Under the pieces are notes generated by a model that did no database searches, was not told the DNA's origin, and was given only the letters and a program-made list of their open reading frames with translations. Source: Macrostomum lignano (Eukaryota). From it: a stretch of DNA of 64,000 nt. The position numbers and the translations under genes are program-made. This document shows, piece after piece, positions 27,661-40,756 of this stretch (its first letter is position 1; each line of letters starts with the position of its first letter). Where the stretch lies: positions 186,001 to 250,000 of the forward strand of contig NIVC01000446.1 of assembly GCA_002269645.1 (NCBI GenBank), in the 5' to 3' direction.

Positions 27661-29204
27661 ACTATCGATCTCATAGATACAACTCAAACAACTCACGACA
27701 GCTCTAGCCTGAGAAGTGTGTGGGAACGCGGTTAAAATGGCGTGATTAAGTGCAGCAGTGCGAGACAGCGTGAACTGAGACCCCTAGGCAAAATTTACTG
27801 TTTCAAGCAGAGACAGAGAGAATGCTCTTTCACAGAGAGCTCTTGGCTATATAGCCAGGGCAAGCCACTTCGAGCTGGGCTCGCGGTTGTCACAGTGCAA
27901 ACTATTCTGGTATGATCGTGGAGCTCAAATTAAACAATAATATTAAAAACCATTGGCATGAGAGGCAGAAATCTAGATAGAGAAAATTTGTTCAAACAGC
28001 ACCTTTGCAATCCGAAAACGCCTTAGAGAAGGCGCACAAGTAGTTCCAAATTGGAGAAAGAAGAGATAGACTCAAACAATAGAACGGCATTCCTATGAAT
28101 AGCATTCTCCGCAGAAGCTACAGAGGTACAAAGGCACCCATTCAACCGTCTGACGTGAACTCTACCTAAATTTATATCGAGCCACTCGTCTTTCCACTAT
28201 AGCCGAAAAACTTCTCCCTCAAAAGAGGCTGCCCTGCACACTTGCCCAGAACAGCAATGAGCAGCCCAGGCGGCACGGGCCAATAGAGGACTTGGCAGAA
28301 ACTGCATGGCGGGTTCTGCATGGGCGCGGGCCAAACACTACAGAGCGACAGGGCCAACCCCAAGTGCGGAACAGAACACGGGCTGACTTTTTGTTGCGCA
28401 CCTTCTCAAACAAGAATCAAGTCGCCAGCCCTCCAGATATCCAGATATTTGACGATTCTGCCAGAAGGTCGGATTTTTTCTATAGGCGCCAGTGCAGTAC
28501 ACCCCTGTGCGCCTATCAGCTCTGCGCCTCAGGACACCCTGACACTTCTCAAGTTTCACTGATCAAGACTCGACAGTGAGCAAGCCTCGACTGCCGGACA
28601 TTCTGAGCTAAGTCTCTCAAGCATTTAGTCATCACCCGGCGATTTCCAGGTGCACCAGGAAGGGGAACTCCCCCCTCTCTTGGTAGTTCTTCTGTTAAAC
28701 GTATATTAAATAAGCAATCGGATTTTCTACCACAGTGAAGCTTACTGACAATATACGGATGTTTGCTTCTGAAAGTACCGCTTGCAGTGCTTCATTCCAG
28801 TAGTTATTAGAAGCTTCCTTCAAGCCAATTTCCAAATGCTCAAACATGTGCAGGTATGCACCACTCCCCCCATACAGCCCACAGCATCAGTCAGTCTCTC
28901 ACTGAGAAGCCTGAAAAGGCTGAAAAGCCACCCGCATCGTGTTGGCCAGGATGTGAATTTTATCATTCATTTTAATCATCCCTGCTAACTCATATCGCTG
29001 CACAGTTTATGACTGTTGAGGCACACGCGCGAAACGTGGACAGGCACTGGAGCTAACATCCCACTACCAAACCCGCTGCTTGATGGGTCAGCTGCTTCTC
29101 TCCCTATGCACTCGCCTGTGCATGCAGATGCTGCATAAAAGCGGCTCAGAAAATGCCATTGTCAGATAGCTGCAGTCATCTTTTTTAGCTTAGGAAAACA
29201 GTTG

Positions 29205-31130
<1,926 letters not shown>

Positions 31131-31894
31131 ATTTTGCGTTTGCATAGATCAGTTCGACCACTGTTTGCGATGCTCTGGCTCTCTTGACAATGACAAAAAT
31201 GCTGAAATTTCTGGAGCTATTAGTAACTATCATTTCTGCTTTGAGTTCTCTTTATCTGTAAGCCTATAAAATGCTACCTACGGTAGAATTCTCCTAACAC
31301 AATATTGGCTAATAACTTTTCACAAAAATAATACTTCTGTTGTAGTGACCTTAGCGAAATTAATCCTGCACGACGTCACTTCAATATAAAGTGCGTGGTA
31401 AAGCAGGTAAAAGCGTTCGATTCAGGTGCCGATATGCGAGACCGCCTGAACTGAAGCCGAATTTACTGCTTCAAGAGAATACTCATTCACAGAAGGCTCT
31501 TCGGCCTGGGCACGCTGTGCAAACTATTCGTGCATGATCGCCGAACTCAAATCAATTTGACAATAATTTAAAAAACCATTGGCATGAGAGTTAGAGATAG
31601 AGCATATTTATTTAAACAGCACCTTTGCAACCCGAAAACGCACTAGAGAACAAGTATAGCTAGTTCTTCCAAATTAGAGAAGGAAGAGAGCAGACTCGAA
31701 CAGAACGCAGAGGTGCAAATGCACCAATTAACCTGTCTGACGGGAACCCCAGAGAAGGTAAAATTACATCGAGCCACTCGTCTTTCCAGTAGCCTTTTAT
31801 TGCTCCTTTACAGAAAGGGTCTTCAATCAGTGAAGATTAAAGGTCATATATGGGAGCGGTCGAACGTTTAGTGTAGATGACAAATCTTAAATGC

Positions 31895-31990
31895 ACAGAG
31901 AGTGTACGTGCCTGACGATTAGAAGGTCAGGGCCGCTGTACACCCAGTGTGAGCGTGTGCAGTATGAGTTCGTGCCTGCGTGCGAGGAGC
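31895..31990 (+). mobile_element. SINE family B 3' fragment
   Basis: GTGCCTGACGATTAGAAGGTCAGGGCCGCTGTACACCCAGTGTGAGCGTGTGC is shared with the other family B copies. Confidence 0.6.
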
Positions 31991-32349
31991 ACTACAAAGG
32001 TTTATCCTCGCTTAAGTTGCTCTTCCTATAAATAATTTTACCTACATTCGTTGTAGAAAAATACCCTGGAATCAATGCCTTTACTTTCTAAACAATATAC
32101 TGCGACATTCACCCGCTAGGGCGTTAAAAACCTCAGTACCTGTACGACACTTTCTAGCCGAGCTCTTGGAACGGGATCGCGAGTACTTTCGTGCCATGAC
32201 TATGACTATCGCAGCGGCTTCAATAGCCTGCTGTTTCGTTGTTTGCAACCGTCAGCCAGTGCTAACGTGCGACCTAAGTTACTATGCTGACGAGGCTCAC
32301 TGACTGAGCACTGACTGGGCCTGGGGTGATAAAACAACAGGTCTTCAGG

Positions 32350-32902
32350 GTTAAGTCTCGATCTCGGATCCCAATCCCGAATCATAATCCCGAATCTCGA
32401 ATCCTAAATCCCGAATCCCAATATCAAATCCCGATCTTGAATCCCGAAACCCAATATCGAATCCCGATCTTGAATCCCGAATCCCGAATCCCAATATCGA
32501 ATCCCGATCTTGAATCCCGAATCCCGAATCCCAATATCAAATCCCGATCTTGAATCCCGAATCCCGAATCCCAATATCGAATCCCGATCTTGAATCCCGA
32601 ATCCCGAATCCCAATATCGAATCCCGATCTTGAATCCCGAAACCCAATATCGAATCCCGAATCCCGAATCCCAATATCGAATCCCGAAACCTAATATCGA
32701 ATCCCGATCTCGAATCCCGAATCCCAATCTTGGATCTTGAATCTCGATCTCGAATCCCGAATCCCAATCTTGGATCTTGAATCTCGATCTCGAATCCCGA
32801 ATCCCAATCTTGAATCCCGAATCCCAATCTTGAATCTCGAATCCCGATCTCGAATCCCGAATCCCAATCTTGGATCTTGAATCTCGATCTCGAATCCCGA
32901 TC
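32350..32902. repeat. Compound GAATCCC-based minisatellite
   Basis: Tandem GAATCCCGAATCCCAATATCGAATCCCGATCTT units. Confidence 0.93.
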
Positions 32903-33909
32903 CGGTAAATAATTTAGCTGACTACTTTGAATCCGAAGGCCACTCCAGCGTTGTTCATCGTGCTGTTCCTCTCTCATTTTTATCGCCCGATAAATCAACG
33001 TACTTAGTTTTCTATTTCATTCTGTTAGAATTCATCACAGACACTAAAAATTATGTAGTAATCAGTAGTACATTATATGACTTTAAATCCAGACGAATTT
33101 CATGTCAATTTCATGTCTCAGGGAGTCGATAATCTGTGGTTGGAAGGCGTGCGTATTTTATCGATATCGAGGTCATTGTAAAATTAATTGGTCCTGAAAA
33201 AGACCCTTGACCCTTGAGTCTTGAGTCTTGACCCTTGACCATGCCTGACTGCACCGTGGATTTTGGGGTCAACTGGGCCCCATTAATCGGATTTCGGCCA
33301 CCTCAATCAAGAGCAGGACAGCTCAAGAGCGGAGCCTAAAGTGCAAAATAATCAGCGAGCCTTCTTCAAGTCATTAAGATGGAATTTTTTTAGAGAAGAC
33401 TACTTCTCGTATGAATAATATGCATGGTAATACTGAAAGTACTGCTTACGGTGCTTCATTTCTATAGAAACTGAAGGCTGATTTCCTAAAGCTCAAACAT
33501 GTCACAGAACAGGTAGGCCTTAAAAACATCCCCCGTTCCCCACCACACAGCCCCGCAGCATCAGTCAGTCTCTTACTCAGGGAAGCCCCAATATTGAAAA
33601 CTACCCGCATCGCGTTGACCAGGTTATGAATTTTAATCATCCTTGCTATGCAGTACCGCTGCTCAGCTGATGACTGCTGAGGCAACAGGCGCGAGATGTC
33701 TCAGATGCCACACGTGGGCAGGCACTGAGCCAGCACACATCAGCTGAGCAGGACACCTGAAGACCCACTGCCAAGCCCGCTGCTTGATGGGTCAGCTGCT
33801 TCTCTCCCTATGCACTCGCCTGTGCATGCAGATGCTGCATAAAAGCGGCTCAGAAAATGCCATTGTCAGAATAGCTGCAGTCATCTTTTTTAGCTGAGAA
33901 AAACAGTTG

Positions 33910-35041
33910 ATGATGCTGGTCCTGAGACTGGGAGCAGCGCTTGCGTTTGCGGCGTCTGTTGCCCTTGGAGACAAGACATATGAGTATTCTTACCTGGGTT
34001 GCTTTGTTGACTCAGCTGACCGCGACCTTAACGGCCTGACCAACATCACCAAGATGGCCGACTTTGAGGTGAGTATAGTGTGAACTGACTAACTACGCTC
34101 GTAAATATCTATTTAACAAAAATAAAACTAGCCAAGTATCAAAAACTAACTAATTAACCAACCAAAATAAACTTCAGGTACAGAGCTTCGGGGCGGTACA
34201 GGGCACCGCAATGACTCCAGACTACTGCGCCAACGTGTGCTCTCTCGGAGGTTTCCCACACTTCGGTCTGCAGTCAAATATCGAGTGCTTCTGCGGCCGG
34301 TCCTACGGATCCCATGGCCAGGCTGAGGACACAGACTGCAACACACCGTGCGGAGGCAATGCTTCAATTAACTGCGGTGGACCGTGGCGCAACTCGGTCT
34401 TCGCTATGCGCTACGGTTCTGGTGAGATTTGGTCGTTTCTAAGAAATTACCTCAGTATAATTCAAATTGCAATTCATTCAATTCTTTGGTGATCTGGAAT
34501 CTACACTCAGTGCATTAGAAGCAGGCGTAGCATAGGAAGGCAAGTGTCGAGTCGGACTTTTAACTCCCTTCGGAGTAGTCCTGGGTCAAGTTGAAGGGGT
34601 TGGCACTGAAAACTGGTCACTTGTAGTTGAGGCTTCCATTTATTGCTTAAGTTGATAGGCCCTTGGCGTTTTTGCGTTTTATTTGAATACTAAAACTGAA
34701 TATACACAGTGAATCTTACAAAATCTCACGAATTTTATTAATCACTCCAGCTGCGCTTGCTCATTGCTCGTCCACCTCCCGCAGACAACGGCTGCCGCTC
34801 GTCGTACCGCCCGAACCCGAGCCGGCCCGAGCTGGTGGTGAGCAGCTCCTACTCGAAGGCCACCTACTGGACGGAAGCCATTCCGAATGTCACCGGCTGC
34901 ATTCAAATGTGCAACACCGCCGCTAGCAGCTGCCTGGCGGTGCTTTTCAACCGACAGGCCCGGCTCTGCCACCTGCTGAAGTTCGCTCTGGTGCCGCAGG
35001 CTCTGAGCACCGTCGATGGAGAGTTCTATGCTCGTGGCTAA
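33910..35041 (+). CDS. Secreted WSC-domain + PAN/apple-like protein, copy B, 219 aa
   Basis: Exons 33910-34068, 34178-34421, 34785-35041; same exon lengths (159/244/257) as copy A. Confidence 0.88.
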
Positions 35042-35801
35042 AATTATTTTACATTCTCGTTCATAACGATTAAATTTGTGTTTGAGTTGATCAGTTCGAC
35101 AGCTTATCTGCGTTGCTCTGGCTCTGTAGACAATGACAAAAAATCGATAAATTCCATGAGGCCATTCTGTCTTGGTCTGAACTATCTTTTTCCATAAATC
35201 TCTCGAAGGTTACTATTTGCGGCAGAACTGTACCAACATTATATTGGCTAATACTAGTGTATGTTTTCTCAAAAATAATACTGCTGTATGTCCTTGATCT
35301 CTTGTCCTTGTAGATAAATATAAATTCACTTTTAGTAAACTGCATCTCATTTATAGTTGAATACTTTTACGCTCTTACCTGGATTTTACAATCACAAATT
35401 TTAATTAGGAATTAATGCTATGTGATGAAATCACTAACTAGAGATTAATACCTGATTAATAGAATCACTAATTAGGGATTAATATCTGAACAGTTATAGT
35501 AGTGATGAAAAATAGAATCGCTTTACAATGACGAGTTAGACGATGCTGAGTTAGTCAGTACGGACGGAACTTCATCATCGCAATGAGCGGCTCCTCACTG
35601 ACAGGACACGGCTCTGTATTGATAAATGCAGCTCTAATGCTGGTTAACAATAAAAAGTGCTGTTAAACGGAAACTCCGAAGTCATACTGTGCGTGGCAAA
35701 CAAATAAGCTGCACTTTAACCAAGGTAGAAACCTTGTGCACACAGTGAGTTGGACTAAGGATGAATACGGACTATCTGATACTTTGTTTATCCAAGGCCA
35801 T

Positions 35802-36062
35802 TCATTGCAGCAGCTGGTTGTCTTGCTTGTCCTTTCGCTGCTTTCGCTGCTCTCGACACGGCGTGGCCGCAGTCGAGCCGGAGACGAGCTGCCTGAGCTT
35901 GCTCAAGTCTGAGCTGATGCTCCCGCTGTTGTGCGCCTCCTGCTGCTGTTGAACTGCCGCCGCTGCCGCCCCTGCGGCTATGTCGCCGTCGCGAAGTCCC
36001 CCGCAGCGCTGGTAATAGTTTTCCCAGATGGCGTGCAGCTGGTGCTGCTGCTGCCTCTGCTT

Positions 36063-36104
<42 letters not shown>

Positions 36105-38994
36105 AGGAGGCTGGCATTCTTCATCGGAGCACTGCTCGGACAGCGAGTTAGAGACGAGCCTGCTCTGTGAGGGGTAGAGCGAGGGAAAGGTGGTTAATTC
36201 ATACCTGTTGACTTCCACAGAGCCTCAGAACCTCAGATACAGTTGCTCACAGGGCAGAGAAATGGGAATCTCCAACTTTCTTGCGTGTTCCTAAACAACA
36301 GGACTCAACAGAACCCAACAGGACTCAGCAGAGCAGCAGTTCCCAGCTAACTCACAGTCACCACGGACTCGTCCTGAGCGGCAGCCTTAGACATGTACAC
36401 GGGATTCTTGGCGATTCGCTTGAGCTCATTCAGGTGGCTCCTGTTGAGCTCGAGCATCTTGGCCCGCATCAGCTGCTGCACGTGCCTCTGCTTTGAGATT
36501 GAGTAGTCCTGCAGAGACTTCTTGTGCTTGCGAATCTCCGCCAGCTTCTGCTTGAGGCGCGGCCACAGGTCGTCTGGGGCGGCTGGCGCGGTGAAGTCGA
36601 ACAGCGCGAGCTCGAAGTGCCGATCAGCCGCCGACTTCTTGGAAAAGGTGACCAGGCAGCTCTGGGTGAGGCTGAGCATGTCGCCGAGCCGCAGCTTGAG
36701 AAACTGGAACACGTTGCCGTCAAAGTGGTTGATGAGGCCGAGAACCACGCTGCGCTGATCTCTGCTGGTGCAGCGGACCACCAGAAGCTCGTCTCCGATC
36801 GGCTGCACCGACTTGAACCGGTCGTAGCTCTCGAAGCTCACTTTGCCCTCGTTGACTCGGTCCACCGAGCAGTACTCCTCGTTGATGTAGTAGCGAACCA
36901 CTTTGTGGCCCGTCAGCTGACCCACTGTCATGAAGTTGTTCTGCAGTCGGGCAGAGGGCGAGTTGCATTTGTGACGAGTTACGGGACTTCTGCTGTGAGA
37001 TGCATGTCTGAGCTCACTATGCCTTGGGTTTTACACTTTTTCAACTCAGATCAGCTTCACCTGGAAGAGCCCAGTCCAGCCCCACTCTCCCCTGGAAGAG
37101 CCCAATCCAGTCCCACACTAACCTGGAAGAGCCCAATCCAGTCCCACACTCACCTGGAAGAGCCCAATCCAGCCCCACTCTCACCTGGAAGAACCCAATC
37201 CAGTCCCACACTCACCTGGAAGAGCCCAATCCAGCCCCACTCTCACCTGGAAGAACCCAATCCAGCCCCACACTCACCTGGAAGAGCCCAATCCAGCCCC
37301 ACACTCACCTGGAAGAGCCCAATCCAGCCCCACACTCACCTGGAAGAGCCCAATCCAGCCCCACACTCACCTGGAAGAGCCCAATCCAGCCCCACACTCA
37401 CCTGGAAGAGCTCAATCCAGCCCCACAGTCACCTGGAAGAGCCCAATCCAGCCCCACTCTCACCTGGAAGAGCCCAATCCAGCCCCACTCTCACCTGGAA
37501 GAGCCCAATCCAGTCCCACACTCACCTGGAAGAGCTCAATCCAGTCCCACACTCACCTGGAAGAGCTCAATCCAGTCCCACACTCACCTGGAAGAGCTCA
37601 ATCCAGCCCCACACTCACCTGGAAGAGCCCAATCCAGTCCCACACTCACCTGGAAGAGCTCAATCCAGTCCCACACTCACCTGGAAGAGCTCAATCCAGC
37701 CCCACACTCACCTGGAAGAGCCCAATCCAGTCCCACACTCACCTGAAAGAGCCCAATCCAGCCCCACACTCACCTGGAAGAGCCCAATTCAGTCCCACAC
37801 TCACCTGGAAGAGCCCAATAAAGTCCATCGAGTCCTCAGCCAAGTCGCATTTGCAGCACAGCAGCCGCTTCAGGTTGCCCGTGTCGTACACGATGAAGTT
37901 GCCATCCTGGCACAGCACCAGCCTCTTGTTGTTGCTGGAGACGGCAAAGTTCTGCGGTCCACAGCCGATGTTCATCACCACGTGGTTCAGGAAGCTCCTG
38001 GCGGCGAGGCTGAAGACGCTGAAGCAGATGGGGACGCTGCCAGCTCGAACCAGCAGGAGGCGGTCAGCCGTGACCCACTCGAGCCTGTCGAACACGATCT
38101 TCGGGCTGCTGTCATCGAAGAGCTCGTAGATGAGCGGATTGTCCTTGCAGCTGAGCCACAGCACCAGGTAGCTGGAGGCGCAGCGGTCCGTCCACAGGCT
38201 GGCGATGCTGCCATCGCGGCACTTGATCTCCACGAAGCTGTACTCGAACACGTTGTTCACGCTCTCCATGTGAATGTTGGCCATGTTGAGCAGCTGCACC
38301 AGACTGCCGCTGACCAGCACCATCAGGTTGGACTCGTTCTGCGGGAGCGGTGGCTGTTATCGGGTCAGCTGGGTAGCAGTGCACAATGTCCCTGACTGTT
38401 ATCGGGTCAGCTGGGTAGCAGTGCACAATGTCCCTGACTGTTATCGGGTCAGCTGGGTAGCAGTGCACAATGTCCCTGACTGTTATCGGGTCAGCTGGGT
38501 AGCAGTGCACAATGTCCCTGACTGGTATCGGGTCAGCTGGGTAGCAGTGCACAATGTCCCTGACTGGTATCGGGTCAGCTGGGTAGCAGTGCACAATGTC
38601 CTAACTGATATCGGGTCAGCTGGGTAGCAGTGCACAATGTGTCCTGACTGATATCGGGTCAGCTGGGTAGCAGTGCGCAATGTCCCTGACTCTAATCGGG
38701 TCAGCTGTGCAGTGTGAATCCCACCATAAGCAGTCATGCCAAACGCACAGCGGCAAAGCGACTCACCTCAGACACCGGAAAGATGGAGACTGTCAGATCG
38801 CAGATTCCGGTGCCAATCTGCGATTCCAGCTGCATGTTGGTCCGGTTGAAGATGAACAGATTCTCCATGTTGCTGTCCAGGACTACTAAATAGTCCTTGA
38901 GAATGCAGGTCTGGGCAGGGGTGAAGGCGAGCTTGGCAGTCTTGGGCAGCACGCCGTAGTGCCAGTTGTACATGGTGGCGTCAAAGTGCGACAT
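35802..38994 (-). CDS. Uncharacterised protein of about 574 aa; beta-strand-rich (propeller-like) N-terminal two-thirds, then coiled-coil and polyQ
   Basis: Exons (minus) 38994-38767, 38353-37805, 36940-36356, 36164-35802; all phase 0 with GTGAGT donors and CAG acceptors; GC-rich codons. No family recognised with confidence. Confidence 0.8.
37045..37819 (-). repeat. 31-bp minisatellite whose unit contains the exon end and 5' splice site (ATTGGGCTCTTCCAG|GTGAGTGT)
   Basis: Plus-strand unit CACCTGGAAGAGCCCAATCCAGTCCCACACT, about 24 copies; the terminal unit overlaps the real donor at 37804. Confidence 0.95.
38354..38710 (-). repeat. 42-bp minisatellite ending exactly at the 3' splice site of intron 1
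   Basis: Minus-strand unit GGACATTGTGCACTGCTACCCAGCTGACCCGATAACAGTCAG; real acceptor GATAACAG|CCA at 38354. Confidence 0.93.
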
Positions 38995-39284
38995 TTCCGC
39001 TGCAGGCCTTGTGGCTTCCGGATCGGTGCACGAAGCGTCCTGCAGACGTTTTCAGTATATTTTTGTCCTTGTGGGAGCTAAGCAGCTCTCAGTCTTCAAA
39101 TATAACTTTTAAAGCGACTGTACCAAGATGCGACCTTTGCCATAGACAGTCAAACACCTAAATTTGAGTCGGTTTAGTTGCCAGCGAATTAAGATTATTT
39201 GAGCTCAGATGCAAAGAAAGCATCTATAAAAAGTCACTACTGAAGTTACAATTCTAAAATGCCGCTTTCAAAAAGTTTTTTATC

Positions 39285-39585
39285 TATAAATGTCTGCTGT
39301 CCCGAAGTACCCATCCATATAAATGTCTGCTGTCCTGAAGTTTCCACACAGAAATGTCTGCTGTCCTGAAGTTTCCACACAGAAATGTCTGCTGTCCTGA
39401 ATTTCCCATCCATAAATGTCTGCGTCCTGCTGTCCTGAATTTTCCACACAGAAATGTCTGCTGTCCTGAAGTTTCCACACAGAAATGTCTGCTGTCCTGA
39501 AGTTCCCATCCAGAAATGTCTGCTGTCCTGAAGTTTCCACACAGAAATGTCTGCTGTCCTGAAGTTCCCATCCATAAATGTCTGT
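39285..39585. repeat. 31-bp minisatellite (AAATGTCTGCTGTCCTGAAGTTTCCACACAG)
   Basis: Visible tandem units. Confidence 0.92.
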
Positions 39586-40024
39586 TTCTGGATACAAGAC
39601 GTATCTTTAAAAGAAATTTTCACCCATAAAATTTTACGAAGTCGAAGAAAAGTTGCAATATTTTGTATACACTTTTATATTATATACTTGCATACTTTTT
39701 TATTGATTAGCGCAATTTTTGAACGCCATGAAGCCTGGAAGTTGTCAGGCAATGCAACACAGTTGTATTTATTTAATATGCAGACAAAAACATTTCAAAG
39801 GAGTTACTTGCAGTAGGTAGTGAAACACGTTTACACGGGATTTTAAAACACAATAATTATAAGTGTTAAATTTACTTATTACCAAGTAATGTCGTACATA
39901 AATATAAAACTGAACAAGAATGCAGAAATTAAAGGTCAGAAAGCGTGTCAATAATTTTACAAACCTGCGTCTTTCTGGATATCAATAAATAATAATTAGC
40001 TATGCTCCTAATGAAAAGCAAATC

Positions 40025-40600
40025 GTAGATAATCTCACCCCAGTTAATCTCACCATAGCTAGATAATCTCACTCCAGTTAATCTCACCTTAGCTAGATAA
40101 TCTCACCCCAGTTAATCTCACCATAGCTAGATAATCTCACCCCAATTAATCTCAACATAGCTAGATAATCTCACTCCAATTAATCTCACCATAGCTAGAT
40201 AATCTCACCCCAGTTAATCTCACTATAGCTAGATAATCTCACTCCAGTTAATCTCACCATAGCTAGATAATCTCACTCCAGTTAATCTCACCATAGCTAG
40301 ATAATCTCACCCCAATTAATCTCACCATAGCTAGATAATCTCACCCCAATTAATCTCAACATAGCTAGATAATCTCACTCCAATTAATCTCACCATAGCT
40401 AGATAATCTCACCCCAGTTAATCTCACTATAGCTAGATAATCACACTCAATTTAATCTCACCATAGCTAGATAATCTCACTCCAATTAATCTCACCATAG
40501 CTAGATAATTTCACCCTAATTAATCTCACCATAGCTAGATAATCTCACCCCAGTTAATCTCACAATAGCTAGATAATCTCACCCCAGTTAATCTCACCAT
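40025..40600. repeat. 34-bp minisatellite (AGCTAGATAATCTCACCCCAGTTAATCTCACCAT)
   Basis: Visible tandem units. Confidence 0.95.
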
Positions 40601-40756
40601 AAATAAATAATCTCCCCCATTGGACAGTTAAAACCCAGATAACTTCACCCCACGTGATCTGTCAAAAACCAGGATAATCCCACTAAGAAGAACGGACACT
40701 ACTGACAGTAATAAGTAGTACAAAACCAGCAAGTCACAGGTTAAAATCGCTTTCAT

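Noticed and set aside
36524-38395. 623-aa plus-strand ORF
   Set aside because: Antisense of two GC-rich minus-strand exons bridged by the 31-bp array; the minus-strand model has consistent splice sites and phases.
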